Below are positions 31,611 to 41,361 of a DNA stretch of 64,000 nt, one piece after another; the first letter of the stretch is position 1; every line of letters starts with the position of its first letter. Under the pieces are notes generated by a model that had not been told where the DNA came from, did not search any database, and saw nothing but the letters and a program-made list of their open reading frames with translations. Location of the stretch: the NCBI GenBank assembly GCA_965205265.1, contig CBDBGH010000003.1, positions 1,312,001 to 1,376,000 on the forward strand, in the 5' to 3' direction. The DNA comes from Alphaproteobacteria bacterium (GTDB taxonomy: Bacteria; Pseudomonadota; Alphaproteobacteria; Bin95). The position numbers and the translations under genes were made by a program.

Positions 31611-33335
31611 ATGGCCGACTATGCGGTCGTCTGGCCCCGGGGCGAGAAGGCGCAGGAGATGCAGGCGCTGGCGCCGCGCCTCGACAGCCTCGAGGGCAAG
31701 CGCGTCGCCTTCCTCTGGGACTATCTGTTCCGGGGCGACGAGATCTTCCCGATGCTGGCCGACGGGCTGGCGGAACGCTATCCGGGCGTCGATTTCATCG
31801 GCTACGACGTCTTCGGCTCCACGCATGGCGACGAGGAGCGCGAGATCGTCGCCTCCCTGCCGGACCGGCTGAAGGACCTCAGGGCCGACGCCGTCATCTC
31901 CGGGATGGGCTGCTGAGGCTCCTGCACTCCCGCCGTGTTGCGGGTGAGCGCAGTGGCAGAAGCGGCGGGCGTGCCGTCCTCATCGCTGGTCTGCGAAGGC
32001 TTTGTCGGGCAGGCGGGCACCACGGCTGTCGGGCTCGGCATGCCGAACCTGCCGCTGGCGCCGGTCGCCGGCCATGTCGATACGCAGACCGACAACGAGC
32101 TCCGCTCAAACGTGCTGGGCGAGACGCTGGACGCCGTGATCGCGAACCTGACGGAGCCGCCGGACGAGGCCGTCGAGACGGTCGAGCCCGAGCCGCGCGA
32201 CATCGTGTTCGAGGGCAGCTTCGAGGAGGTGAACCGCCTCTTCTACGAGAACCGCTGGTCCGACGGGCTGCCGGTGGTGCCGCCTTCGGTGGAGAAGATC
32301 GAGCGCTTCCTCGCCTTCTGCGACCGGCCCGCGGACGCCGTGCTCGGCAAGCTCCCGCCCGACAACCGGGCGGCGACGGTCTGGAATGTGGCCGCGAACG
32401 GCGTCATGGCCGGCTGCCGGCCGGAATACATGCCGGTGCTGGTGGCGCTCGCCGAGGCGATGGCGAACCCGGAATACGGCGTCGAGCATTCCGGCAACAC
32501 GCCGGGCGCGGAGACGCTGATTACCGTCAACGGCCCCATCGCGAAGGCGCTCGGCTTCAACTATGAGCAGGGTGCGCTCAGGGACGGCTTCCAGGCCAAC
32601 ACCTCGGTCGGGCGCTTCTGGCGGCTCTATCTGCGCAATGTCGCAGGCTTCATCCCGCACGAAACCGACAAGGGCACTTTCGGCAACACCTGGCGGGTGG
32701 CGCTGGCCGAGAACGAGGATGTGCTGAAGCGGATCGGCTGGCCCAACACGGCGACCGATATGGGCCTGCCGGAAGGCGCCAACGCCGTCACCGTCTCCCG
32801 CTATACCGGCGGCGACGTGGTGACCTCCGTTTTCGGGCGCCGGGCGGAGGAGATGCTGCCCTATCTGGCGGACGCGCTGGTCAAGCAGTCCGGCTGGGAG
32901 CTTGTGTTCACCGTCGGCATGGCGACCGGCACCTACCGCCCGCTGCTGGTGCTCTCGCCGATCCTGGCTGAGACCATCGCCGGTTCGGGGCTCTCCAAGG
33001 ACGACATGCGGGACTGGCTCTACGAGCATGCGCGGATGCCGGCCCGGAAGTTCGAGCGATATATCTCGGGCTGGACCAACCTGGTGCCGGGCCACCGCTC
33101 GCTGACGGAACTCGTGGCGCTCGGCAAGGCGCCCGAGGTCTTCGCCGAGTCCGACGATCCGGACCGCATGGTGCCCATCGTCTGCGAGCCGGAGGATTTC
33201 GGCATTGCGGTCGCGGGCGACCCGCTGCGCACCAACGCCTATGTGTTCGCGCATAACGGCATACTCGGCTTCCCGGTGACCCGCGAGATCGAGCTGCCGG
33301 CGGACTGGCAGGCCCAGCTGGCGGCAGCTGGTTAA
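31611..33335 (+). CDS. UGSC-family selenoprotein (574 aa, Sec102, GC-U-GSC) fused to a W[ST]DGLP partner domain
   Basis: ORFs 31611-31916 and 31935-33335 are in the same frame and joined by TGA(31914)-GGC-TCC-TGC; SECIS-like hairpin follows; selAB in window. Confidence 0.88.
31922..31953 (+). promoter_or_regulatory. Bacterial SECIS-like hairpin
   Basis: CTGC-A-CTC-CCGC-[CGTGTT]-GCGG-GT-GAG-C-GCAG; loop starts 17 nt after UGA, G at loop position 2. Confidence 0.7.
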
Positions 33336-33356
33336 CTGAGGAAAGAAGGCAGGCCG

Positions 33357-33641
33357 ATGCAGGTCTCTGTCACCGAGGCAAGGAAGCATCTGGCTGCACT
33401 TATGCGCCGTGCAGAGGCAGGCGAAGAGGTTGTGCTGACCCGCAATGGCCGGGCGACCGTCAGGCTGGTGCCCGTGCCGCAGCAGCCCAAAGCCGAGATG
33501 CGTCGCGCTGCGATTGCCGATGCACAGGCCGCCGTTCGCAAGCGACTTGCCGAACTCGGTGAGGCAGGTGACCGGACGGCTGGCCCGAGCGCGGCCCGCA
33601 GCCAGGACTTCCTTTATGACGACGATGGTTTGCCGGCTTGA
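33357..33641 (+). CDS. Phd/YefM-family antitoxin (no intact toxin)
   Basis: MQVSVTEARKHLAALMRRAEAGEEVVLTRNGRATVRLVP Phd fold; YDDDGLP tail. Confidence 0.88.
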   Translation: MQVSVTEARKHLAALMRRAEAGEEVVLTRNGRATVRLVPVPQQPKAEMRRAAIADAQAAVRKRLAELGEAGDRTAGPSAARSQDFLYDDDGLPA

Positions 33642-33663
33642 AGCTGACGCTGTCGCCACTGGC

Positions 33664-33935
33664 GAGCGTGTGAAGAAATCGGATTTGTCGGGTTTTACGC
33701 CGCCCGTCCGGCGGGAAACAGCCCTTGGTGTGCCCCAAACCGTCACCCCGGACTTGATCCGGGGTCCATCCCTGACCGGTTGCGCCAGCCGCAGCCGTTC
33801 GAGAGGAAACCGAACCGTCTGCGCCCGCCGAGAGAACCGGAGATGGACCCCGGATCAAGTCCGGGGTGACGATGTTTATCTGTCCTCGTCCCCTTTCGAT
33901 ACGGCCGACTGCCGCTCCGATTTCTTCACACGCTC
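33664..33935. mobile_element. 272-bp MITE-like element enclosing an inverted REP pair
   Basis: Perfect 20-bp TIR GAGCGTGTGAAGAAATCGGA; internal perfect 30-bp IR CGTCACCCCGGACTTGATCCGGGGTCCATC (33741-33770 / 33842-33871). Confidence 0.8.
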
Positions 33936-33953
33936 AAGCGCGGAAACGACGAC

Positions 33954-35099
33954 ATGAGCAGAGCAACACTCTGGTTGCTGATTCCGGCGGGCCAGCGGGC
34001 GAACGGGGCGTGGATCGACGACACGCTCGTCCGCCGGGCGCGCGAGAAGGGCATGACCGCCCGGCTGACGGAGGCCGGGCGCTTTCCCCGGCAGCGTGTG
34101 GAGGTGCTGCGGGACGGGGACGCCGGCGCGCTCTACTACCGGCGGGGCTGGACCGACGGCCTGCCCATCCTGCCGCCGACGCTCGACCGGGTGGACGCCA
34201 TGCTGCGCGGGTCGGCGCGCGGGCGGAACGAGAGCCTGGGCGAACTCGACCCGCTGAAAGGCGTGGCGACGGTTGAGCGCGTGGCCGCCAACGCCGTCAT
34301 GGCGGGCTGCGCGCCGGAGCATTTCCCGGTCGTCCTTGCCGCCGTCGAGGCGCTGGCCGACCCCGCCTTCAACCTGCGCGGCGTGCAGACCACGGACGAG
34401 AATGTGGCGCCGCTCATCCTGCTGAGCGGGTCTGTGGTCGAGCGGCTGGAGGTGAATGCCGGCTTCGGCATGCTGGGGCCGGGCTGGCAGGCCAATGCCG
34501 CCATCGGCCGGGCGGTCCGGTTCGTCATGAACAATATCGGCGGCGGCTGGCCGGAGGCCGTTTCCTTCGCCGGGCTCGGCCAGCCGGGCCGCTACACCCT
34601 TGTGCTGGCGGAGAACGCCGCCGCCAACCCCTGGGAGCCGCTGCACGAGGAGCTGGGCGGCGAGAACGTGCTGGCGCTCATGCGGGCGGAGACCGCCATC
34701 AATGTGACCGGCGGGCTGGACGACCTTGCGAGCGTAATGGGTTCCGCCGCCTCGACCTTCAACATGGCCTGGGAAGGCAAGGCGGCGGTTGTGATAGCGC
34801 CCTTCGTGGCGCAGGAACTGGCGGGGCAGGGCTGGTCCAAGGCCGATGTGAAAGAAGCGCTCTGGCGGCGGGGGCGGATGCCGCGCGCCGAATTCGAGAA
34901 GCTCTGGCTGCGCACCCGCCTCATCGGCGGCGAACGCTGGCCGGAATGGACGGAGGGAGAAGCCGCCGTGCCGGCCGTCGCGCGGCCGGAGGACATCGTG
35001 CTGATCGTGGCCGGCGGCGACATCCCGATCCCGCAATGCGCCTGGTTCCCGTCCTGGGGCTTCCCGCCCTGCTGCATCGTGAAGGAGATCGCCGCGTGA
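33954..35099 (+). CDS. Stand-alone UGSC-partner (WTDGLP) domain protein
   Basis: GWTDGLPILPPT, ATVERVAANAVMAGC.PE.FPV, QANAAIGRA, AEN shared with the 31611 and 54954 proteins. Confidence 0.8.
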   Translation: MSRATLWLLIPAGQRANGAWIDDTLVRRAREKGMTARLTEAGRFPRQRVEVLRDGDAGALYYRRGWTDGLPILPPTLDRVDAMLRGSARGRNESLGELDPLKGVATVERVAANAVMAGCAPEHFPVVLAAVEALADPAFNLRGVQTTDENVAPLILLSGSVVERLEVNAGFGMLGPGWQANAAIGRAVRFVMNNIGGGWPEAVSFAGLGQPGRYTLVLAENAAANPWEPLHEELGGENVLALMRAETAINVTGGLDDLASVMGSAASTFNMAWEGKAAVVIAPFVAQELAGQGWSKADVKEALWRRGRMPRAEFEKLWLRTRLIGGERWPEWTEGEAAVPAVARPEDIVLIVAGGDIPIPQCAWFPSWGFPPCCIVKEIAA

Positions 35100-35917
35100 G
35101 GCCGCTCGACCTTGCAGTCGTCGGCGGCGGCGTGGCGGGGCTTGCGGCTGCCGACGAAGCGGTTTCTCTGGGGCTTGAGGTGGCGCTGTTCGAGTCGGGG
35201 CTCTATGGCGGCCTCGTCGCCAATGTGGGCGCGCTCGACGGTTGGCCCGCCATCGTTAGCGGCTCCGAGCTGGCCTATGGCTGGAAGGAGCGGCTGACGG
35301 AAACCGGCGTTCGCTTCCACGAGGAGCATGTCGAGGCCGTCCGCGTTCAGGGCCGCCGCCGGATCGTCGAGACGGACCGCAGCCGCTATCGGGCGAAAGC
35401 GGTCGTCGCGGCGACCGGCGCGAGGCTCCGCCGTCTGGACGTGCCGGGCGAGGAGGAACTGACCGGGCGCGGCGTGTCGCAATGCGCCTTCTGCGACGCC
35501 GGCTTCTTCAGGGATGCCGACGTGGCCGTGGTGGGCGGCGGCGATGCGGCCTTGCAGGAAGCGCTGCACCTCGCCGGCTATGTGCGCTCTGTGTCGATGA
35601 TCGTGCGCGGCGGGCGGCTGAGGGCCCGGCCGGGCTACGGGGCGCGGGCGGCGGCCGACCCGAAGTTCCGCTTCCACTGGAACAGCGAGGTCGCCTCCAT
35701 CGACGGGGAAAGCGGCGTCGAGGGCGTGACGCTCGCAGACGGGCGGCGGCTGGAGGTCTCGGGCGTGTTCGTCTTCATCGGCCTTGAGCCGGTAACGGCG
35801 CTGGCGGGGGAGGGCGCTTTCGCCGCCGGCGCCGTTCGCACGGGCGGTTCGCTCGCCGAGGCCGTGGCCGACGGGCAGCGCGCCGCTAGGGAGGCCGCCG
35901 CGGCGCTCAGGCGATGA
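35096..35917 (+). CDS. Thioredoxin reductase-like FAD/NAD(P) oxidoreductase
   Basis: GTGA overlap start; VVGGGVAG, ATGA, GRGVSQCAFCD, VVGGGDAALQEA, GVFVFIG. Confidence 0.85.
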   Translation: MRPLDLAVVGGGVAGLAAADEAVSLGLEVALFESGLYGGLVANVGALDGWPAIVSGSELAYGWKERLTETGVRFHEEHVEAVRVQGRRRIVETDRSRYRAKAVVAATGARLRRLDVPGEEELTGRGVSQCAFCDAGFFRDADVAVVGGGDAALQEALHLAGYVRSVSMIVRGGRLRARPGYGARAAADPKFRFHWNSEVASIDGESGVEGVTLADGRRLEVSGVFVFIGLEPVTALAGEGAFAAGAVRTGGSLAEAVADGQRAAREAAAALRR

Positions 35918-36842
35918 GCGGGCGCACTTCCTCGGCGAAGCGGTGCAGGCCCTCGATGCGCATGGGCTGGTCGCCGATGAAGTCGAGGTTGAAGTGGCGC
36001 ACGCCGGCCTTGTGGAAGGCGGCGATCTTCTCGGCGATGTCGGCGGGCGTGCCGAGCGCGGCATAGCGTTCCGCCGGCCTGCGGAAGTCCATCGCATAGC
36101 GCTTCGACAGCAGCGCCGCCGCCCGGTCGAGCGCCTTCTCATAGGTCTCGTCGATGCAGCAGAAGAGCAGATGGGAGGTGCCGAAGGCTTCGATCTCGCG
36201 GCCAGCTTCCTCGGCCGCCGCGGCGATGGTGTCGAGCGCGCCTCCGAACATCTCCGGCGTGATGACATAGGACATGTAGCCGTCCGCCATGCGGCCCGCG
36301 CGCCGCAGAGCCGCCGGCTGGCGCCCGCCGCACCAGATCGGCGGTCCGCCGGAGGTGAAGGACGCCGGCTGCATATGCACTTCCGAAAAGGGGAAGAACC
36401 GGCCTTCATGCGAGACCGGCTCGCCGGTCCAGAGCTTCCGCAGCACCTCGATGGACTCGGTCATGCGCGCGCCGCGCTCGCTATGCGGTATGCCGGCAAG
36501 CTCCCATTCGGGCGGGAACTCGCCGCCGACGCCGATGCCGAAGATGAAGCGGCCTTCCGCCAGATGGTCCAGCGAGGCGGCCTGTTTCGCCACCCCCGCC
36601 GGATGGCGCATGGGCAGCAGATAGACGGCGGAGCCGACGGTAAGCCTGGAAGAAAGGGCGGCTGCATAGGAAAGCTGCACGAACGGGTCCAGGATCGGCG
36701 AGGTGAAGGCCAGATGGTCGCCAACCCAGATCGAATCGAACTCCAGCCGGTCCAGAAGCCCGACCGTCTTGCAGGCAAGCTCCGGCGTCGGCAGGCGGGT
36801 CATCAGGCCGAAGCGCGTCCGGTCGTCCAGCGGCAGGCTCAT
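35907..36842 (-). CDS. LLM-class flavin-dependent oxidoreductase
   Basis: FDSIWVGDH, RHPAGVAKQAASLD, GRFIFGIGVG, PPIWCGG, RRAGRMADG. Confidence 0.88.
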   Translation of the reverse strand: MSLPLDDRTRFGLMTRLPTPELACKTVGLLDRLEFDSIWVGDHLAFTSPILDPFVQLSYAAALSSRLTVGSAVYLLPMRHPAGVAKQAASLDHLAEGRFIFGIGVGGEFPPEWELAGIPHSERGARMTESIEVLRKLWTGEPVSHEGRFFPFSEVHMQPASFTSGGPPIWCGGRQPAALRRAGRMADGYMSYVITPEMFGGALDTIAAAAEEAGREIEAFGTSHLLFCCIDETYEKALDRAAALLSKRYAMDFRRPAERYAALGTPADIAEKIAAFHKAGVRHFNLDFIGDQPMRIEGLHRFAEEVRPLIA

Positions 36843-36961
36843 CGTCGGCATCCTTCCTGTTGCAGGGCCTCGCCACAAATAGCCGTTCGGGAAGCGGTTC
36901 GGCAGGGAAAATTGCGCTGGCTGCCGGTCGAGCGCCCCTTCGCATTGAAGCATGCGTAATG

Positions 36962-36982
36962 ATGTGTATATTGCATACACAT
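36962..36982. promoter_or_regulatory. Putative TA operator palindrome
   Basis: ATGTGTAT-N5-ATACACAT just upstream of the antitoxin RBS. Confidence 0.6.
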
Positions 36983-37005
36983 ACGAGGAGACAGGAGCAG
37001 GCGCG

Positions 37006-37281
37006 GTGGCGAGGGTCCAGTTGCTCATCCCCGATGACGAGCGGGAGCGCTTCGCCGACCAGGCGCGCCGGGAGGGCATGACTTTCAGCGCATGGCTGAG
37101 GGCCGCCGCCCGCGCCCGGCTGGAGGACAGCCGAAAGACCCGCCGGTTCGCATCCGAGGAAGAGATGGAGGCGTTCTTCCGCGAGTGCGACCTCAACGAC
37201 GGTCCGGAAAGCGAGCCGGACTGGCATGAGCATCTGGCCGTCATAGCCGCTTCGAGAGCCGGCGGAGAGAGCGGAACCTGA
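37006..37281 (+). CDS. RHH/CopG-type antitoxin (VapB)
   Basis: ARVQLLIPDDERERFADQARREGMTFSAWLRAAA ribbon-helix-helix pattern; precedes PIN gene. Confidence 0.75.
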   Translation: MARVQLLIPDDERERFADQARREGMTFSAWLRAAARARLEDSRKTRRFASEEEMEAFFRECDLNDGPESEPDWHEHLAVIAASRAGGESGT

Positions 37282-37703
37282 TCTTCGTCGATACCAACGT
37301 CTTCATGTATGCGGTCGGGCGTCCCCACCCGCTGAAACCGGTTGCGCGAAGGTTCTTCATGGAAGCGCATCGCGACCGCGTGGCGTTGTGCGTCTCGGCG
37401 GAAGTCCTTCAGGAGCTTGCCCATGCCTATCTGCCCCGGGGACGGCGCGAGGCCTTCGACGCTGCCCTCGACCTTGCCTCGCGCGCGGATGTCGAGGTCT
37501 GGCCTCTGGAAGAAGCCGATATCGTGCTGGCCCGGCGCCTTCACGACGAGCATCCTGCCCTCCAGGCTAGGGACCTCTGCCATCTGGCCAGTTGCCGCAG
37601 GCGGGGCGTGCGGGACATTGCGACCTTCGACCGGGACCTTGCCGCCGCTGCCGGTTCCGCGCCTATTCCGGTGAGTGGCGGTCCGCGATTGGAACCTTCA
37701 TGA
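37278..37703 (+). CDS. vapC: VapC PIN toxin, probable CTG start
   Basis: (L)IFVDTNVFMYAVG, SAEVLQE, ARDLCHLA, ATFD; the catalytic VDTN lies upstream of the first ATG. Confidence 0.82.
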   Translation: MIFVDTNVFMYAVGRPHPLKPVARRFFMEAHRDRVALCVSAEVLQELAHAYLPRGRREAFDAALDLASRADVEVWPLEEADIVLARRLHDEHPALQARDLCHLASCRRRGVRDIATFDRDLAAAAGSAPIPVSGGPRLEPS

Positions 37704-38644
37704 TCTACCTGCAGTTGCTCGGCGGCTTCGTGCTTCTTCTGGGCGGGGCGGAATTCCTGGTACGGGGCGCGGTGCAGCTTGCGGCGCGGCTCGGCGTTTC
37801 GCCGCTGATCGTCGGGCTCACCGTGGTGGCCTATTGCACCACCATGCCGGAGCTGTTCGTCAGCCTCGAGGCGGCGTTCCGGGGCGCGCCCGGCATCGCC
37901 ATCGGCAATATCGTCGGCAGCAATATCTGCAACCTGCTCCTGATCCTGGGCGCGGCGGCCTGCGTGTATCCGCTGGCGGTCGAGCCGCGCGAGGTCCGTT
38001 TCGAGGGCTGCGCGGTCATGGGCGTGACGCTGCTGTTCCTCGCGCTGGCATTGACCGGCAGCCTGAGCCTGTTCGACGGCGTGCTGCTGCTGGTCTGCCT
38101 CGCCGCCTTCACCGTGATCTCCTACCGGCGTGCCCGGAGCGGCCACGGCGCCCCCGAGGTGGAGGAAACCGCGACGGACAAGCCGCTCTGGATGGTGCTC
38201 GGCACGCTCGCCATCGGCCTCGGCTGCGTCATCGCAGGTTCGAACCTGCTGGTCGGGGGCGCCATCGGCCTTGCCCGCGTGATCGGCGTTTCGGAAGCCG
38301 TGATCGGCGTAACCGTGGTCGCCGTCGGCACCTCGCTGCCGGAACTCGCCACGGCGGTGGTCTCGGCCTATCGCCGCCATCCCGAGGTCGCTGTCGGCAA
38401 TGTGCTGGGGGCGAATATCTTCAACCTGCTGGCCATCGGCGGCGTGGTGGCGACCGTCCATCCGCTCGACATTCCGGGCCGTCTGCTGGACCTCGCCGTC
38501 TGGGTCATGCTGGCCGCAACGGTTGCGCTCGTCTCCTGGCTGATGTTCCGGGGGCGGTTCGGGCGTCCGGCGGGCCTGCTGTTCCTGGCGGTCTATGCCG
38601 CCTATGTTGTCGTCGAGTATGGACCGTCGGCCGGCGCGGGATAG
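37700..38644 (+). CDS. Ca2+/Na+ antiporter (YrbG family)
   Basis: TTMPEL...[10 protein letters not shown] and GTSLPEL...[10 protein letters not shown] alpha repeats. Confidence 0.9.
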   Translation: MIYLQLLGGFVLLLGGAEFLVRGAVQLAARLGVSPLIVGLTVVAYCTTMPELFVSLEAAFRGAPGIAIGNIVGSNICNLLLILGAAACVYPLAVEPREVRFEGCAVMGVTLLFLALALTGSLSLFDGVLLLVCLAAFTVISYRRARSGHGAPEVEETATDKPLWMVLGTLAIGLGCVIAGSNLLVGGAIGLARVIGVSEAVIGVTVVAVGTSLPELATAVVSAYRRHPEVAVGNVLGANIFNLLAIGGVVATVHPLDIPGRLLDLAVWVMLAATVALVSWLMFRGRFGRPAGLLFLAVYAAYVVVEYGPSAGAG

Positions 38645-38648
38645 GCGC

Positions 38649-40529
38649 ATGGCGGAAGAGCAGACCGAACTGGAGGCCCCGCAGCGGCTGGCCGGAGGCG
38701 TCGAGGCGATCCGCCGGCATCTGCGCGTCATGCCGCTCACGCCCGGCGTCTATCGGATGATCGACCGGCGCGGGCAGGTGCTCTATGTCGGCAAGGCCCG
38801 CTCTTTGCGCCGGCGGGTCACGGCCTATGTCCGGCCCGACAACCAGCCCTACCGCATCCGCCGCATGATCTCCGAGACCGCCTCCATGGAGGTGGTGACG
38901 ACCCACACCGAGGTCGAGGCGCTGCTGCTCGAAATCAACCTCATCAAGGAGTTGCGCCCCCGCTACAACGTGCTGCTGCGGGACGACAAGAGCTTCCCCC
39001 ACATCCTGATCGCGCGCGACCACGAATGGCCGCGCATCCTCAAGCATCGCGGCGCGCGCTCGCGGACGGGGGAGTATTTCGGCCCCTTCGCCTCCGCCGG
39101 CGCGGTCAACCGGACCCTGACCGCCCTCCAGCGCGCCTTCCTGCTGAGGTCCTGTTCCGACGCCGTGTTCCGCAGCCGCACCCGGCCCTGCCTGCTCTAC
39201 CAGATCAAGCGCTGCTCGGCGCCCTGCGTCGGCCGGGTGTCGCCGGAGGATTACGAGGCGGCCATAGGGGAAGCGCGCGCCTTCCTCTCCGGCCAGAGCC
39301 AGTCCGTCCAGCAGGCGTTTTCCGAGCGCATGCAGGCCGCGAGCGACGCGCTGGAATTCGAGACCGCCGCGCTCTACCGGGACCGCATCCGGGCGTTGAC
39401 GCGGGTGCAGGCGCATCAGGACATCAATGTGGACGGCGTCGGCGATGCCGACGTGATCGCCGCCCATTTCGAAGGCGGGCAGGCCTGCATCCAGGTGTTC
39501 TTCTTCCGCGCCGGGCAGAATTTCGGCAACCGCGCCTATTTCCCGGCCGGCAGCCGGCACTACGACCCGGCGCAGTTCATCGCGGCGTTCGTCGGGCAGT
39601 TCTACTCCAACAAGCCGCCGCCGCGCCGCATCCTGCTGAGCGCGCGCCCGGCCGAAGACGCGCTGCTGGCCGAGGCGCTGAGCCTCAAGGCCGGCCGCCG
39701 CGTCGATCTGCGCTGGCCGATGCGCGGCGCCAAGCGCAAGCTGGTCGAGCATGCGCTCGCCAACGCCCGCGACGCGCTCTCCCGCCGCTCGGCGGAGAAT
39801 GCGACCCAGCGCGAGCTGCTCGGGCGCGTGGCGGAGCTCTTCGACCTCGAAGGCCCGCCGGAGCGGATCGAGGTCTATGACAACAGCCATATCCAGGGCC
39901 GGAACGCCGTCGGCGGCATGATCGTCGCCGGGCCGGAAGGCCTGGTCCGCAACGCCTACCGCAAGTTCAACATCAAGGGCGACGCCGCGCCCGGCGACGA
40001 TTTCGCCATGATGCGCGAGGTGCTCCGCCGGCGGTTCTCGCGCGCGCTCAAGGAGGACCCGGAGCGCGCCGGCGGCTCATGGCCGGACCTCGTGCTGATC
40101 GACGGCGGCGCGGGCCAGCTTTCCTCAGCGCAGGGCGTGCTTGCAGAGCTCGGCATCGAGGACATGCCGCTCGCCGCCATCGCCAAGGGGCCGGAGCGCA
40201 ATGCCGGGCGCGAACGCTTCTTCACGACGGAGAAGCCGCCCTTCTCGCTGCCGGAGCACGACCCCGCGCTGCATTTCCTGCAACGCCTGCGCGACGAGGC
40301 GCACCGCTTCGCCATCGGCACCCACAGGGCGCGCCGCGCGAAGGCCGTGCGGCAATCGCCGCTGGACGAGGTGGCCGGCATCGGCGCGGCCCGCAAGCGC
40401 GCCCTGCTGCACCATTTCGGCTCCGCCCGCGGCGTGGAGGGCGCCGGCTTCGAGGACCTGCTGGCTGTCCCCGGCATCTCGAAAACGGTCGCAAAGCGCC
40501 TCTACGACCATTTCCACCCGGAGGGGTAG
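38649..40529 (+). CDS. uvrC: Excinuclease ABC subunit C
   Basis: GIY-YIG (PGVYRM..LYVGKA), [31 protein letters not shown], HhH. Confidence 0.96.
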   Translation: MAEEQTELEAPQRLAGGVEAIRRHLRVMPLTPGVYRMIDRRGQVLYVGKARSLRRRVTAYVRPDNQPYRIRRMISETASMEVVTTHTEVEALLLEINLIKELRPRYNVLLRDDKSFPHILIARDHEWPRILKHRGARSRTGEYFGPFASAGAVNRTLTALQRAFLLRSCSDAVFRSRTRPCLLYQIKRCSAPCVGRVSPEDYEAAIGEARAFLSGQSQSVQQAFSERMQAASDALEFETAALYRDRIRALTRVQAHQDINVDGVGDADVIAAHFEGGQACIQVFFFRAGQNFGNRAYFPAGSRHYDPAQFIAAFVGQFYSNKPPPRRILLSARPAEDALLAEALSLKAGRRVDLRWPMRGAKRKLVEHALANARDALSRRSAENATQRELLGRVAELFDLEGPPERIEVYDNSHIQGRNAVGGMIVAGPEGLVRNAYRKFNIKGDAAPGDDFAMMREVLRRRFSRALKEDPERAGGSWPDLVLIDGGAGQLSSAQGVLAELGIEDMPLAAIAKGPERNAGRERFFTTEKPPFSLPEHDPALHFLQRLRDEAHRFAIGTHRARRAKAVRQSPLDEVAGIGAARKRALLHHFGSARGVEGAGFEDLLAVPGISKTVAKRLYDHFHPEG

Positions 40530-40539
40530 GGCTCCAGCC

Positions 40540-41271
40540 CTACCAGAGCGCCCGCGTAAGCTCGCTCAGCGACACCTTCTGCCGGCCGTCCGCGTCGAAA
40601 TTCTTCGGGGCGAACCATTGGGCGTGGGCTTTGCGGACGGCGGGCCATTCTTCGTCCGTCAGGGAGAACCAGGCGGTGTCGCGGCTCCGGCCCTTCACGA
40701 TCAGGTGGTTGAGGAAGAGGCCCTCATAGCGGAAGCCGAGGCGGAGCGCGGCCGAGCGCGAGCCGGCGTTCAGCGCGTTGCACTTCCATTCCAGCCGCCG
40801 GTAGCCGCGCGTCTCCAGCACATGGTGCATCATCATCGAGAGCACCTCGGTCGCGCGGATGTCGCGCTGCCAGGCGCGGCCGAACCAGATATTGCCGATC
40901 TCGCCCACCCCGGCAGCCTGCTTGATCTCCATGAAGCTGCCCATGCCGCCGGGAACGCCCGTCGCCCGGTCCCGATAGACCATGAAGAGCGGGTCCTTCG
41001 AGGCGGCGCAGCCGATGAGCCATTCATGCACGGCCGCCGCGCCGGCGAACGGGCCGTAGCCGAGATAGTCCCAGATGCGGTCCGGCTCCTCGCCCTCGAT
41101 CCCGGCAGTGTAGAGGCCGGCGGCGTCCCGGTCCGGGTCCACCGGCTCCACGACCGTTCTCCGGCCGGTGAGGACGCTGCCTTCGAAGCCTTCCCAATGG
41201 CGCTGCGCCACCTCTGCGTTGCCGATGGGCCGCCGCCCGGCTGCGCTCGCCCGTTCCCTCTCGCTTGCCAT
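40540..41271 (-). CDS. GNAT (RimJ/RimL-like) acetyltransferase
   Basis: EIGNIW, GYRRLEWKCNALN..SR.AALRLGF.YEG, KGRSRDTAWFS. Confidence 0.88.
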   Translation of the reverse strand: MASERERASAAGRRPIGNAEVAQRHWEGFEGSVLTGRRTVVEPVDPDRDAAGLYTAGIEGEEPDRIWDYLGYGPFAGAAAVHEWLIGCAASKDPLFMVYRDRATGVPGGMGSFMEIKQAAGVGEIGNIWFGRAWQRDIRATEVLSMMMHHVLETRGYRRLEWKCNALNAGSRSAALRLGFRYEGLFLNHLIVKGRSRDTAWFSLTDEEWPAVRKAHAQWFAPKNFDADGRQKVSLSELTRALW

Positions 41272-41361
41272 GTCCCCGTCTCTGTTCCGGATGGGCCAAG
41301 GATAGCGGGGAAGGCGGTTTGCCGCTAAGGTCTGCGGCGACGATTTCGGGGGAGAAACGCG

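Noticed and set aside
31914-31916. TGA as a nonsense mutation (pseudogene); the same was considered for 54673
   Set aside because: Both TGAs fall at the homologous position before GSC in two divergent paralogues, each with a SECIS-like hairpin, and selAB is present
35097-35099. Other TGA stops (e.g. 35099, 42837, 44152) as Sec codons
   Set aside because: They fall at natural C-termini, the next gene starts at or just after them, and there is no redox-motif context
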